From NCBI GenBank assembly GCA_900320425.1, contig ONSF01000004.1, positions 1 through 60,605 of the forward strand: a DNA stretch of 60,605 nucleotides, given 5' to 3'. Position numbers and translations under genes: made by a program. How positions within the stretch are numbered: the stretch's first letter is position 1; every line of letters starts with the position of its first letter. This DNA is from an uncultured Eubacteriales bacterium (GTDB taxonomy: Bacteria; Bacillota_I; Bacilli_A; RF39; UBA660). Positions 9,382 to 18,665 of the stretch are shown in pieces. Under the pieces are notes generated by a model. It made no database searches, had not been told where the DNA came from, and saw only the letters and a list, made by a program, of their open reading frames with translations.

Positions 9382-9546
9382 ATGGAATTAACAAATAAAG
9401 AATTAAAAGAAATTATTGGAGGTGCAAGTTTAACAGGAGCATTTTTGAGTTCTATTAAAGGATGCATAAGTGTTGTCTTTAATCTTGGACAAGCTGTAGG
9501 TGGTGCAATTAGAAGAATTGCAACTGGTAATTTATGTAGTTTTTAA
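9382..9546 (+). CDS. Double-glycine leader bacteriocin precursor B (54 aa): MELTNKELKEIIGG-ASLTGAFLSSIKGCISVVFNLGQAVGGAIRRIATGNLCSF.
   Basis: RBS AGGAGG is present. The leader ELKEIIGG matches the GG-leader consensus exactly. The mature part is cationic and amphipathic, with GxxxG and two Cys. Confidence 0.78.
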   Translation: MELTNKELKEIIGGASLTGAFLSSIKGCISVVFNLGQAVGGAIRRIATGNLCSF

Positions 9547-9650
9547 ATAAAATTTGTCCCAAATCTTTTTAAAGCAATTTAAAATCTAATAAAAATGTGT
9601 ATCTTTTTTAAAAAAAACATATAATATTTTAGAAAAAGTGTCGATTTCTG

Positions 9651-9679
9651 TTGAATTTTTAAATTTAGTTTGATATAAT
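9651..9679 (+). promoter_or_regulatory. Candidate sigma-A promoter for rpsU.
   Basis: TTGAAT, 17-nt spacer, TATAAT, with a TG extended -10 (TGATATAAT). Confidence 0.6.
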
Positions 9680-9715
9680 CTATTTGATTTCTAAATGAAG
9701 GGAGGGAAGTATTGA

Positions 9716-9910
9716 ATGACACATGTTGCTGTTAGAAATGGTAATCTAGATGGGGCTTTAAGGAAGTTTAAACAAAAAGTTGCAAGAGATGGAATCCCTT
9801 CTGAATTTAAAAAAAGAGAAGCTTATGATAAACCTGGTGTAAAAAGACGTGAAGCTAAAAAAGCCGGTATTAAAAATGCACGTAAGCGTGAAAGAAATAA
9901 TAGAGACTAA
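9716..9910 (+). CDS. rpsU: 30S ribosomal protein S21.
   Basis: 64 aa and basic. LRKFKQKVARDGI and KPGVKRREAKK are typical of S21. RBS GGGAGGGA. Confidence 0.93.
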   Translation: MTHVAVRNGNLDGALRKFKQKVARDGIPSEFKKREAYDKPGVKRREAKKAGIKNARKRERNNRD

Positions 9911-9940
9911 GAAATCTAGAAAAACTAGGTTTCTTTTTTT
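9910..9940 (+). terminator. Rho-independent terminator after rpsU.
   Basis: AGAAAUCUAG-AAAAA-CUAGGUUUCU stem followed by a T7 run. Confidence 0.7.
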
Positions 9941-9978
9941 GAAATTTTAAGTTATAATATGGAAGGAGAGTGATTAAA

Positions 9979-10422
9979 ATGTATGAAAAAATAAAAAATG
10001 ATATTGTTTTGTTTATGAAAGAAAAAGATACGATGAAAGTTCAAACTTTAAGAGGAATTAAAGGAGAGGTAGATTTAGAACACATTAATAAAAAAATTGA
10101 GATTAATGATAATTTAGTTATTGATATGTTATCTCGTGGTATTAAAACGAGACGTGAGTCTTTAATTGAGTTTAAAAAAGGAAATCGTGATGATTTAATA
10201 GAAAAAACAAATCAAGAAATTGAATTTTTACAAGGTTACTTACCTAAACAATTAAGTTCTGAAGAATTAGAAAAAATAATTGATGAAGTATTTGTTAAAG
10301 TAAATCCAACAAGTCCTAAAGATATGGGACTTATTATGAAAGAAGTAACTCCTCTTGTTAAAGGAAAATGTGATATGAAAGAAGTAAGCAATATCATAAA
10401 AGAGAAACTTGGAAATTTATAA
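9979..10422 (+). CDS. GatB/YqeY domain protein.
   Basis: LRGIKGEV, RRESLIEFKKGNRDDLIEK and MGLIMKEV motifs. The conserved rpsU-yqeY neighbourhood supports the call. The start is chosen 10 nt after AAGGAG. Confidence 0.85.
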   Translation: MYEKIKNDIVLFMKEKDTMKVQTLRGIKGEVDLEHINKKIEINDNLVIDMLSRGIKTRRESLIEFKKGNRDDLIEKTNQEIEFLQGYLPKQLSSEELEKIIDEVFVKVNPTSPKDMGLIMKEVTPLVKGKCDMKEVSNIIKEKLGNL

Positions 10423-11066
10423 TGGAAGATTTATATAGTTTTGAAAGAGAATTAATAGAAAAAGGAATAACTTTAATTGGGGGAATTGATGAAGTGGGAA
10501 GAGGTCCTTTGGTAGGAGCGGTTGTTGCAAGTTGTGTAATACTTCCTTTAAATTATAAGTTAGATGGTTTGACAGACTCTAAAAAGTTAAGTGAGAAAAA
10601 GCGAGAAAAATTTTATGATATTTTACTTCATGATGCAATTTCTATTGGAATTGGAATTATTGATGAAAAAACGATTGATAAAGTAAATATATATGAGGCA
10701 ACTAAACTTGCTATGATAGATGCCGTTAAAAATATGAAAATAAAACCAGATTATATTTTAATTGATGCCATGAAGTTAGATATCGATATTCCATCAACTT
10801 CAATTATAAAAGGAGATGCTAAAAGTTTATCTATTGCTGCAGCCAGTGTTATTGCTAAAGTTACAAGAGATAGAATGATGATAGAACTTGATAAGAAATA
10901 TCCTATGTATGATTTTAAACACAACAAAGGATATCCAACTAAAAAACATTTAGAAGCAATTAATAAATATGGAGTAATAGATGAACATAGAAGAAGTTAT
11001 TCTCCTGTTTATGAATATTTAGAAAGGATTGAAAATGAAAGAAAAGTTAATAAAATTACTAAATAA
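10422..11066 (+). CDS. rnhB: Ribonuclease HII.
   Basis: GIDEVGRGPLVGAVVA, DSKKLS, ASVIAKVTRD and GYPT motifs. Confidence 0.92.
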   Translation: MEDLYSFERELIEKGITLIGGIDEVGRGPLVGAVVASCVILPLNYKLDGLTDSKKLSEKKREKFYDILLHDAISIGIGIIDEKTIDKVNIYEATKLAMIDAVKNMKIKPDYILIDAMKLDIDIPSTSIIKGDAKSLSIAAASVIAKVTRDRMMIELDKKYPMYDFKHNKGYPTKKHLEAINKYGVIDEHRRSYSPVYEYLERIENERKVNKITK

Positions 11067-11421
11067 TAGTTATAGTCCATATTCAAAATTCAGAGTTGCA
11101 TCAATTGCTGTTATGAAAGATGGAACTGAGTTTGTTGGGGTAAATGTTGAAAATGCTTCCTTCGGAGGTTCTATATGTGCTGAAAGAAGTGCAATACTAA
11201 GTGCAATTTCAAATGGTTATAAAAAGCATGATTTTGAAAAATTATACGTTATGTGTGATAGCGATAAAATTAGTATGAGTTGTATGTTATGCAGACAAGT
11301 TATATTAGAATTTTTTGAATATGATAAATATGTTATTTGCATGAATTTAAATGGAGATACCGAAGCTCATTTAGTGTCAGAACTTTGTCCTTATCCATTT
11401 TCAGAAGAGGATTTGAAATGA
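11035..11421 (+). CDS. cdd: Cytidine deaminase.
   Basis: YSPYSKFRVA, CAERSAI and CMLCRQV zinc ligands. The ATG lies 6 nt after AAAGGA. Confidence 0.88.
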   Translation: MKEKLIKLLNNSYSPYSKFRVASIAVMKDGTEFVGVNVENASFGGSICAERSAILSAISNGYKKHDFEKLYVMCDSDKISMSCMLCRQVILEFFEYDKYVICMNLNGDTEAHLVSELCPYPFSEEDLK

Positions 11422-12314
11422 AATCAGGATTTGTTAGCATTGTAGGTCGTCCTAATGTTGGAAAAAGTACTTTGTTAAATAATATATTAGAAAGAAAAAT
11501 AGCCATTACTTCTGATAAATCAGGAACAACAAGGAATATTATAGAAGGAGTTTATAATGATGATGATTCTCAAATTGTATTTGTAGATACTCCTGGAATT
11601 CACAAACCACGTCATAAGTTAGAAAATGTTTTAAATCAAAAAGCATATTCAATGACAAAGGACATTGATTTAGTTTTATTTCTTGTTGATATTAAAGATG
11701 GATTTGGTCGAGGAGATGAATTTATTTTAGAACACTTAAAACAAGAACACCGAGATGTAATTCTTTTGCTTACTAAAATAGATAAATTAAAAGATAAATC
11801 TGTTTTACTTCAGAAAATCGAAGAATTAAAAAATCTATATGATTTTAAAGAAATAATTCCTATTTCAGCTGTAAAAAATATTAATATAGATGAATTAATA
11901 AAAACAATTAAGAAATATTTGAAAGATGATTTAGCATATTATGATAAAGATTATATAACAAATCTTCCAACAAACTTAATGGTATGTGAATTAGTAAGAG
12001 AAAAAATACTTAGACTAACAAAAGAAGAAGTACCTCATTCCGTAACCTGTTATTTAGAAACATTTGAGGAAGAAAAAAATATAGTAAATCTTGGAGTTTT
12101 AGTAGTTGTAGATAGAGATAATCTAAAAAAAATTATTATAGGAAAAAATGGTGGTATGTTAAAACAAATTGGAACTGCTGCAAGATCTGATTTAGAAGAA
12201 TATTTTAATAAAAAAGTTTATTTATCTCTTTTTGTTAAAACTATTAAAAATTGGCGTGATAGAGAAAAATATTTAACGGAACTTGGTTTAAAAGACGATT
12301 TAGATATTGAATAA
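11418..12314 (+). CDS. era: GTPase Era.
   Basis: The start MKSGFVSIVGRPNVGKST (G1) overlaps the cdd stop (ATGA). DTPG and TKIDK motifs and a C-terminal KH domain are present. Confidence 0.93.
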   Translation: MKSGFVSIVGRPNVGKSTLLNNILERKIAITSDKSGTTRNIIEGVYNDDDSQIVFVDTPGIHKPRHKLENVLNQKAYSMTKDIDLVLFLVDIKDGFGRGDEFILEHLKQEHRDVILLLTKIDKLKDKSVLLQKIEELKNLYDFKEIIPISAVKNINIDELIKTIKKYLKDDLAYYDKDYITNLPTNLMVCELVREKILRLTKEEVPHSVTCYLETFEEEKNIVNLGVLVVVDRDNLKKIIIGKNGGMLKQIGTAARSDLEEYFNKKVYLSLFVKTIKNWRDREKYLTELGLKDDLDIE

Positions 12315-12340
12315 AAATTAAAAAGTAGAACATGATATAA

Positions 12341-12475
12341 ATGGTGATAGATGTGGAACATATACTATGGGATTTATTTAAAAAAACTGGAAATGTTAAT
12401 TATTACCTTTTATATCAAAAAATAAGAGGAAAAGATGAAAGAAACAGTGGAAGGGATTATACTTCAAGAAACTAA
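12341..12475 (+). CDS. YqzL-like small protein (44 aa).
   Basis: LWDLFKKTGNVNYYLLYQKI resembles Bacillus YqzL. It occupies the conserved era-yqzL-recO slot. The RBS is weak and it overlaps the recO start by 41 nt. Confidence 0.45.
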   Translation: MVIDVEHILWDLFKKTGNVNYYLLYQKIRGKDERNSGRDYTSRN

Positions 12476-13142
12476 TTATGGTGAAACAAGTAAAATATTA
12501 AATATATTAACAAGAAAATACGGATTAATATCGGTAATTTCAAAAGGATCAAGAACTTTGAAAAGTCGTCTTCGAGGAATTAGTATGAAACTTGTTTATG
12601 GAGAGTTTACAATTACCTATAAAGAAAAAGGATTATCTAATTTAATTGAAGGATGCATCGTTGATTCTTTAAAAAATATTATGACTAATTTTAATAAAAT
12701 GAAATATGCGAATAGGTTAGTAAGAATAACTCAAAATGTATTAAAAGATAATAATAATCCTAAATTATTTTTCTTATTGAAAGATTCTTTATTAAAAATA
12801 AATGAAGGACTTTCTGAAGAATTAATAACCATAATTTTTGAAACAAAACTTCTATCTTTTTTAGGAGTAGAACCTGATTTTTCTGAATGTATTATGTGTG
12901 GAGCTAAAAATATTAAAACGTTTGATTTAAAAATACCTGGAGTTGTTTGTTGCAATTGTTATCATGATACTTATCTATTTTCTTCTAAAACTTTAAAACT
13001 ATTATCTTTGTTTACTAATGTCGATATAAAAAAAATAGATAAATTAAATATCTCTTTAAAAATCAAAGAAGAATTACTTTTCTTTTTGAAAGAATACTAT
13101 GAAAGTTATACTGGAATTTTTTTAGAAGATTATAAAAAATGA
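12435..13142 (+). CDS. recO: DNA repair protein RecO.
   Basis: N-terminal OB fold (GIILQETNYGETSKIL), Cys4 zinc motif CIMCG...CCNCY, and position after era. Confidence 0.88.
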   Translation: MKETVEGIILQETNYGETSKILNILTRKYGLISVISKGSRTLKSRLRGISMKLVYGEFTITYKEKGLSNLIEGCIVDSLKNIMTNFNKMKYANRLVRITQNVLKDNNNPKLFFLLKDSLLKINEGLSEELITIIFETKLLSFLGVEPDFSECIMCGAKNIKTFDLKIPGVVCCNCYHDTYLFSSKTLKLLSLFTNVDIKKIDKLNISLKIKEELLFFLKEYYESYTGIFLEDYKK

Positions 13143-13308
13143 CAACCTAGATGTAAAACAGGTGTCTTTTTTTTAACTTATATTCCTTTTTTTTAAAAAA
13201 TTAGTTATAATGAATTAGGTGATGTTATGAAACAAGATTATAAAATATATAAATATTTAATTACTTCTTCTAATAAAAATAAATTTAAAATAGATAAATG
13301 GGGTTAAA

Positions 13309-14040
13309 GTGAACTTTAATTGTAGTTGGAATGAAATAACATACCAAGAATTCTTAAAATATTTGGATACCATCAAGGATTTGAAATTTCAAGAATTTCA
13401 AAAAAAAATTGTTTTATCGGAAGAAGTAATAGGAATAAAGACAAATGAATTAAAAAAAATTGCTAAAGATATAAGTAAATATGATTATGATAGTTTTATG
13501 AAAGTAAATAATTCTTCATTATATGAAACTATTATGATAGAAGGATTTATAATTGGAAATTTAAAGTTTTCCATAAAAGAATTAGCTCCATATATAGATA
13601 GATATTTAGAAAAAGTTAATACTTGGGCACATGTAGATTCTTTTGCTGCAAGTTTAAAACAATTTAAAAAACAAGAAAAAGAAGGATTTGCTTATGCTAA
13701 GAAATTAATTCATTCTAAAAATACATTTTATAAAAGATGTGGAGTGATTCTTTTGCTTGATTATTATTTACATGATGTTTATATTGATAAGGTTTTAGAA
13801 ATTGTTTCTAAAATAAAAACAGATGATTATTATGTTCAAATGGGTATTTCGTGGTTAATGTCTGTTGCATATATTAAATATAAGGAAAAAACTCTTGTAT
13901 ATCTTGTAAATTTGAAAGATGATTTTATTTATAATAAAACTTTAACTAAAATTGTAGAATCAAGACGAATAAGTGACGAGGAGAAAAAATTTATTAAATC
14001 GTTAAAGAGAGAAAAAGAAAAAATGGTTAAAAATAAATAA
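13309..14040 (+). CDS. DNA alkylation repair protein (AlkD/AlkC-like HEAT-repeat family).
   Basis: Size and helical-repeat pattern fit, with IGIKTNELKKIAK, W..VDSF and KRCGVILLL motifs. Confidence 0.7.
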   Translation: MNFNCSWNEITYQEFLKYLDTIKDLKFQEFQKKIVLSEEVIGIKTNELKKIAKDISKYDYDSFMKVNNSSLYETIMIEGFIIGNLKFSIKELAPYIDRYLEKVNTWAHVDSFAASLKQFKKQEKEGFAYAKKLIHSKNTFYKRCGVILLLDYYLHDVYIDKVLEIVSKIKTDDYYVQMGISWLMSVAYIKYKEKTLVYLVNLKDDFIYNKTLTKIVESRRISDEEKKFIKSLKREKEKMVKNK

Positions 14041-14048
14041 CCATTTTT

Positions 14049-14240
14049 TTAGTTTTCAATTTCTTCAATTGCACTGGTTGGACATCCATCTATTGCATCA
14101 TGAACGCTTTCTTCTAATTTTTCAGGAACAACATCTTTTATAGCATGACTTACTCCATCTTCTAAAGAAAATACTTCATCACATACACCTTCACAATATC
14201 CACATCCTATGCATAAATCTTCATTAACTTTAACTTTCAT
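14049..14240 (-). CDS. 4Fe-4S single-cluster ferredoxin.
   Basis: MKVKVNEDLCIGCGYCEGVC...GCPTSAI. The start is placed at the ATG after GGAGG. Confidence 0.88.
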   Translation of the reverse strand: MKVKVNEDLCIGCGYCEGVCDEVFSLEDGVSHAIKDVVPEKLEESVHDAIDGCPTSAIEEIEN

Positions 14241-14321
14241 TTTAAACCTCCACAAATATTATAGTAAGAATTAGAAAAATATGCAAGTGCATGATATAAT
14301 AATTTGGAAAGTGAGGTTTTA

Positions 14322-15326
14322 ATGATTTATCCTGAAAAAATAGAAAAAGATGATTTAATTGGTATTACAGCAACTAGTATGGGTTGTATTAGCAAGTTTG
14401 ATATCAAAAAATTAGAATTAGCTAAATTAAAACTTAAAGAGTTAGGATTTTCGTCTCTTGAAACACCAAATGTTAAAAGTAATAAAAAGTTTGTAAGTAG
14501 TGCTGGAATAAAACGTGCTAAAGAGTTTTTATCTCTTTGGAAGAGGAATGATATAAAATTAATTATGCAACTTCGAGGAGGAGAATTCTTGATGGAGATG
14601 ATTCCTTATCTTGATAGAAATTTACTAGGAAAATGTAGTCCTAAATGGGTAACTGGTTATAGTGACTCTAGTCTTTTAAACTTTTATTTAACAACTAACT
14701 TTAATATCGCAACTCTTACTGGACCAAATATACGAGAATATGCTATGAAACCATTTGCTACATTTTTAAATTATCAATTAGAATTATTACAAAATGATAT
14801 AGTTTTACAAAATAGTTTTGATTTTTATGAAGATGATCCTTTAAAAGAAAGCTTAGAATATCATTTTACAAAACCGGTTTGTTATAAAAGTTTATATAAC
14901 GCTGAAAAAATAATTATAAAAGGAAGACTTATTGGAGGATGTTTAGAAGCTATTTCTTCTATCATTGGAACAAAATATGATGTAACTGAAGAATTTTGTA
15001 AAAGTTTTCCTGAAGGAATGTTATGGTATTTAGATATCTATGATGCTAATCCTCTTACATTAACAAGACAACTTTGGCAAATGAAAGAGGCAAATTGGTT
15101 TAGTAATACAAATGGAGTAATTATTGGAAGGACGAAAGCTATAAAGGAAGTATTAGATTATACTTATCTTGATAGTTTGCATAAAACCTTTGATTCTTTG
15201 AATATTCCAGTTATTTATGATATTGATATTGGTCATGTTATGCCAAGTTTTAGTATAATAAATGGAAGTGTAGGAACTTTTATTTATGAAAATGGAAAAG
15301 GAAGTTTAAAACAAGAAAAAATATAA
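14322..15326 (+). CDS. S66 family LD-carboxypeptidase (LdcA/MccF-like).
   Basis: VTGYSDSS nucleophile motif and DIGHVMP His motif. The start lies after AGTGAGG. Confidence 0.8.
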   Translation: MIYPEKIEKDDLIGITATSMGCISKFDIKKLELAKLKLKELGFSSLETPNVKSNKKFVSSAGIKRAKEFLSLWKRNDIKLIMQLRGGEFLMEMIPYLDRNLLGKCSPKWVTGYSDSSLLNFYLTTNFNIATLTGPNIREYAMKPFATFLNYQLELLQNDIVLQNSFDFYEDDPLKESLEYHFTKPVCYKSLYNAEKIIIKGRLIGGCLEAISSIIGTKYDVTEEFCKSFPEGMLWYLDIYDANPLTLTRQLWQMKEANWFSNTNGVIIGRTKAIKEVLDYTYLDSLHKTFDSLNIPVIYDIDIGHVMPSFSIINGSVGTFIYENGKGSLKQEKI

Positions 15327-15417
15327 TTGATGTGTCAAATTATTGTCAAATTTTTCCAATTACCTTGCATTAAGTGTAATAGTAGATTATTCTAATAATA
15401 GAGGGAGAGTGAAATGT

Positions 15418-15624
15418 GTGATATATCCATCTATTGACAAACTTTTAAATATGGTATCTTCTAAATATGAACTTGTTCATATTGCTGCTAAAAGAAGCAG
15501 ACAAATTAGTGAAACGGGTTTTTTACAAATGCCTGCCAAAAAATATAAGTCTGCTAAAAATATTGGTAAATGTTTAGAAGAAGTTGCTGAAGGATTGATT
15601 AAGGTTCATAAAGACCTTGACTAA
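15418..15624 (+). CDS. rpoZ: DNA-directed RNA polymerase subunit omega.
   Basis: (V/M)IYPSIDKLLNMVSSKYELVHIAAKRSRQI matches the Firmicute omega N-terminus. A GTG start lies about 10 nt after GGGAG. Confidence 0.85.
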   Translation: MIYPSIDKLLNMVSSKYELVHIAAKRSRQISETGFLQMPAKKYKSAKNIGKCLEEVAEGLIKVHKDLD

Positions 15625-15680
15625 ATCTTCTAAATTAGTTAAAATAATCTTATAAAGTGTTGGTTAGGATTGGTGATTTT

Positions 15681-15878
15681 ATGAACAAAAAAGGACAAGC
15701 TCTTGTAGAATATGTGCTTATCATTGCACTTATTTCTGTTGTTATTATAGGTCTTGTTAATATTTTTGGAGGATACTTAAAAGATGCAATGACAAAATCA
15801 TCTTGTAATTTGGTAGGACAAGAGTATGTAGAAGGGAAAAAGCCAGGAGAGGGTTCCTGCAAAAGCGAAAGTAATTGA
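15681..15878 (+). CDS. Flp/Fap family type IVb prepilin-like protein (65 aa).
   Basis: MNKKGQALVEYVLIIALISVVIIG fits the Flp G-x4-EY processing motif followed by a hydrophobic helix. It has its own RBS and a strong terminator. Confidence 0.65.
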   Translation: MNKKGQALVEYVLIIALISVVIIGLVNIFGGYLKDAMTKSSCNLVGQEYVEGKKPGEGSCKSESN

Positions 15879-15897
15879 TTCGTCAATTACTTTTTCT
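15867..15897 (+). terminator. Rho-independent terminator after the Flp-like gene.
   Basis: AAAGTAATTGA-TTCG-TCAATTACTTT, an 11-bp perfect stem, followed by a T-rich tail. Confidence 0.7.
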
Positions 15898-15962
15898 CTC
15901 CAATAAATAGAATTTTAAAAATTATATATAATAATAAGGGTATAATAATAAGGGTGGTGGAC

Positions 15963-17228
15963 ATGAAAGAAAAAGTTGTTGATTTAAAATATGCAAAATT
16001 ACATCTAATAAAAACTAATAAATTTAGATCAATTAATTTTAAAGTATTATTAAAAGAAGAAATAAAAAAGGAAGACATAACCAAAAGAAATTTGTTAACA
16101 GATTTTTTGGTTTTAAGTACAAAGAAATATAAAACAAGAAAAGAACTTGCTTTAAAAATACAAGATTTATATTCCTTATATTTATCATCTTTTAATACAA
16201 GAATTGGAAATTACTTAGTTACTAGATTTAATTTATCAATTTTGAATCCTAAATATACTGAAAACTCTATGCTAGAAGAAAGTTTAGAACTGCTTCATGA
16301 AGTTTTATTTGAACCTAATGTTAAGAATAAAGAATTTGATAAAGAAATATTTAAAGTTGTAAAAAATGATTTAGAAAAAGAAATAATTTCTTCTTGTGAA
16401 AATCCACGAGTTTATGCTAATCTTGCTATGTTAAGTCATTTAGGAAATGGTGCATATTCTTATAAAGGTTATGGTTATTTAGAGGACTTAGAAAAAATTA
16501 CTGAAAAAAATTTATATGAATATTATAAAGAATTTCTTTATAAAAGTTGTGTTGATATTTATGTAATTGGAGAATTTGATGAAAAGGAAATGATTTCTTT
16601 AATAAAAGAAAAAATAGATTTTAAAACAATCAAAAAATCAAAAGGAGAGCTTATCATATATCATGATAAAATTAAAATGCGACCAAGTATTTTTATAGAA
16701 GATTCGAACTTTAATCAATCAAAACTTTCTATTGGATGTAAATTAAAAGATTTAACCGAATTTGAAAGAAAATATGTTATTAATATGTATAATATGATTT
16801 TAGGTGGAGGATTTAACTCTAAATTTATGCAAGAGATTAGAGAAAAAAACTCACTTGCTTATTATATTAATTCTAATGTAAATAAAGCTGATAATTTGCT
16901 AATTATTTCATCTGGTATTAGTAAAGAAAACTTTGATAAAGTAATAAGCCGAGTAAAGATGATTATGAAAAGTATTCGAGATGGTAAAATTACAGATGAG
17001 GAATTAGAACAAGCTAAAACTGAATATTTAAGTATTTTAGAAGAAACTTGTGATAATATTGATAGTATTGTCGAAAATGAAATTGCTCGTGATTTATTAA
17101 ATTTAGATAATCTTGAAGTAAGACAAGAAGAAATAAAAAAAGTTACCATAGAAGATATTATAAATGTAAGTAAAAAGGTTCATTTAGATACCATTTATCT
17201 ATTAAAGGGGGATAACAATGGAGCATAA
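15963..17228 (+). CDS. M16 family peptidase, non-catalytic partner subunit (no HxxEH).
   Basis: Length and pitrilysin-like layout fit. It overlaps and is coupled with the downstream catalytic M16 gene. This matches the YmfF/YmfH-type pair seen in Bacillota. Confidence 0.7.
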   Translation: MKEKVVDLKYAKLHLIKTNKFRSINFKVLLKEEIKKEDITKRNLLTDFLVLSTKKYKTRKELALKIQDLYSLYLSSFNTRIGNYLVTRFNLSILNPKYTENSMLEESLELLHEVLFEPNVKNKEFDKEIFKVVKNDLEKEIISSCENPRVYANLAMLSHLGNGAYSYKGYGYLEDLEKITEKNLYEYYKEFLYKSCVDIYVIGEFDEKEMISLIKEKIDFKTIKKSKGELIIYHDKIKMRPSIFIEDSNFNQSKLSIGCKLKDLTEFERKYVINMYNMILGGGFNSKFMQEIREKNSLAYYINSNVNKADNLLIISSGISKENFDKVISRVKMIMKSIRDGKITDEELEQAKTEYLSILEETCDNIDSIVENEIARDLLNLDNLEVRQEEIKKVTIEDIINVSKKVHLDTIYLLKGDNNGA

Positions 17229-18507
17229 AAGTTTTTTAAATTTAGATCAAGATTTATATACATTTACGTTAGAAAATGGTTTGCAAGTTTATTTAGTTCC
17301 ATTTAAAAATCAAAAAAATTATTATGCAATTTTAGGATGTAAATATGGATCTCGTGATATTGAATTTAAGGTAAAGACGGAATCTATAAAAACTCCTTTA
17401 GGAACAGCTCATTTTTTAGAACATAAGATGTTTGAAATGGAAGATGGAATAGATCCATTTAAATTCTTCTCTAAAAGTGGAGTAAATACTAATGCTTCAA
17501 CAACATTCGATAATACAAGATATTATATTTGGGGAATTAATGATTTAGAAAAAAATTTAAATTATTTACTTGATTTTGTTTATACTCCTTATTTTACAGA
17601 TAGTAATGTTTCAAAAGAAAAAGGCATTATTAAAGAAGAAATACTAATGTATGAAGATGATCCAGAATGGGCAATGGATGATGAAATGCGAAAAAATTTA
17701 TTTTATAACTTGCCTAGTCGAGAAAAAATTGCTGGAACAGTTGATTCTATCATGGATATAACTAAAGATGATTTATATCATGCTTATAATGCTTTTTATC
17801 ATCCAAATAATATGGTTTTGGTTATTGGAGGAAATATTAATCCTCAAAAGATAGAAAAATTAATTAGAAATCATAAAAAATTAAATTCTATAAAAAAAAT
17901 AGATTTGGTGAAAAGAAAGGTATATAAAGAACCAACGGATGTTTACTCTGAATTTAAAGCAATCTATAAAAATATTAAAATTCCAAAAGTAAGGTTCAGT
18001 GTTAAAATTAACAAAGAAAAATTTAAAGATTTTTCTGATATAGAGCAAAATATGTATTTAGGAATTATTATGTCAAGTTTATTTGGAAGTACATCAAATT
18101 TTAAAGAGTATGTTACTCAAGAAGAACTTACAAGTGGCTTTTATATAGAAAAAAATACTTTTGATTCATTTATGACATTAGATATAACTGGAGAATCTGA
18201 TAAAGCAGATTTGTTTATTGAAGAGATAAAAAAGACATTAGAAAATGTTAAAGTTAAACATGATGAGTTAGAACGAATAAAAAAAGTATGGATTGCAAGT
18301 GAAATAAGGATGATTGATAGTGTAGAAATGACTGTAGATAATATTTATAGCGATTTTATCATGTATAATAAAGTTTATTTAAATAGAGTAGAGTGTATCA
18401 AAAATTTAAATAGCAAAAGATTAAATAAATTTATTAAAGAACTTGATTTATCTAATCAAAGTTTAGTTATGGCTTTACCAGAAGAAAATAGAGATAGAGA
18501 TTTTTAA
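17218..18507 (+). CDS. M16 family zinc peptidase (catalytic subunit).
   Basis: GTAHFLEHKMFE carries the inverted zinc motif HxxEH. Confidence 0.85.
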   Translation: MEHKSFLNLDQDLYTFTLENGLQVYLVPFKNQKNYYAILGCKYGSRDIEFKVKTESIKTPLGTAHFLEHKMFEMEDGIDPFKFFSKSGVNTNASTTFDNTRYYIWGINDLEKNLNYLLDFVYTPYFTDSNVSKEKGIIKEEILMYEDDPEWAMDDEMRKNLFYNLPSREKIAGTVDSIMDITKDDLYHAYNAFYHPNNMVLVIGGNINPQKIEKLIRNHKKLNSIKKIDLVKRKVYKEPTDVYSEFKAIYKNIKIPKVRFSVKINKEKFKDFSDIEQNMYLGIIMSSLFGSTSNFKEYVTQEELTSGFYIEKNTFDSFMTLDITGESDKADLFIEEIKKTLENVKVKHDELERIKKVWIASEIRMIDSVEMTVDNIYSDFIMYNKVYLNRVECIKNLNSKRLNKFIKELDLSNQSLVMALPEENRDRDF

Positions 18508-18534
18508 AAGGATTTGATAAAAAATCCTTTTTTT
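18506..18534 (+). terminator. Rho-independent terminator after the M16 pair.
   Basis: AAAGGATTT-GATAAA-AAATCCTTT followed by a T run. Confidence 0.65.
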
Positions 18535-18665
18535 AAAAAATAATATATTTACTTTTCTTAGTATAACATTTATAATAAGCATGTTTAGAAAAGTTCTCAT
18601 TTTTATTAAAGAAAAAATGGTATAAAAAATGAAAATTTTGTGGTACAATCTAGGTGGTGGTTGTG

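Noticed and set aside
13227-13307. 26-aa ORF (MKQDYKIYKYLITSSNKNKFKIDKWG) upstream of the alkylation-repair gene.
   Set aside because: It is not in frame with the downstream gene, which already has full family length. The sequence is Lys-rich and low in information, and the only -10-like element is too close to the ATG.
15333-15352. Direct repeat TGTCAAATT-at-TGTCAAATT upstream of rpoZ.
   Set aside because: It is short and AT-rich with no matching copy elsewhere in the window. It could be a -35-like element duplicated by chance, so there is not enough evidence to call it a binding site.
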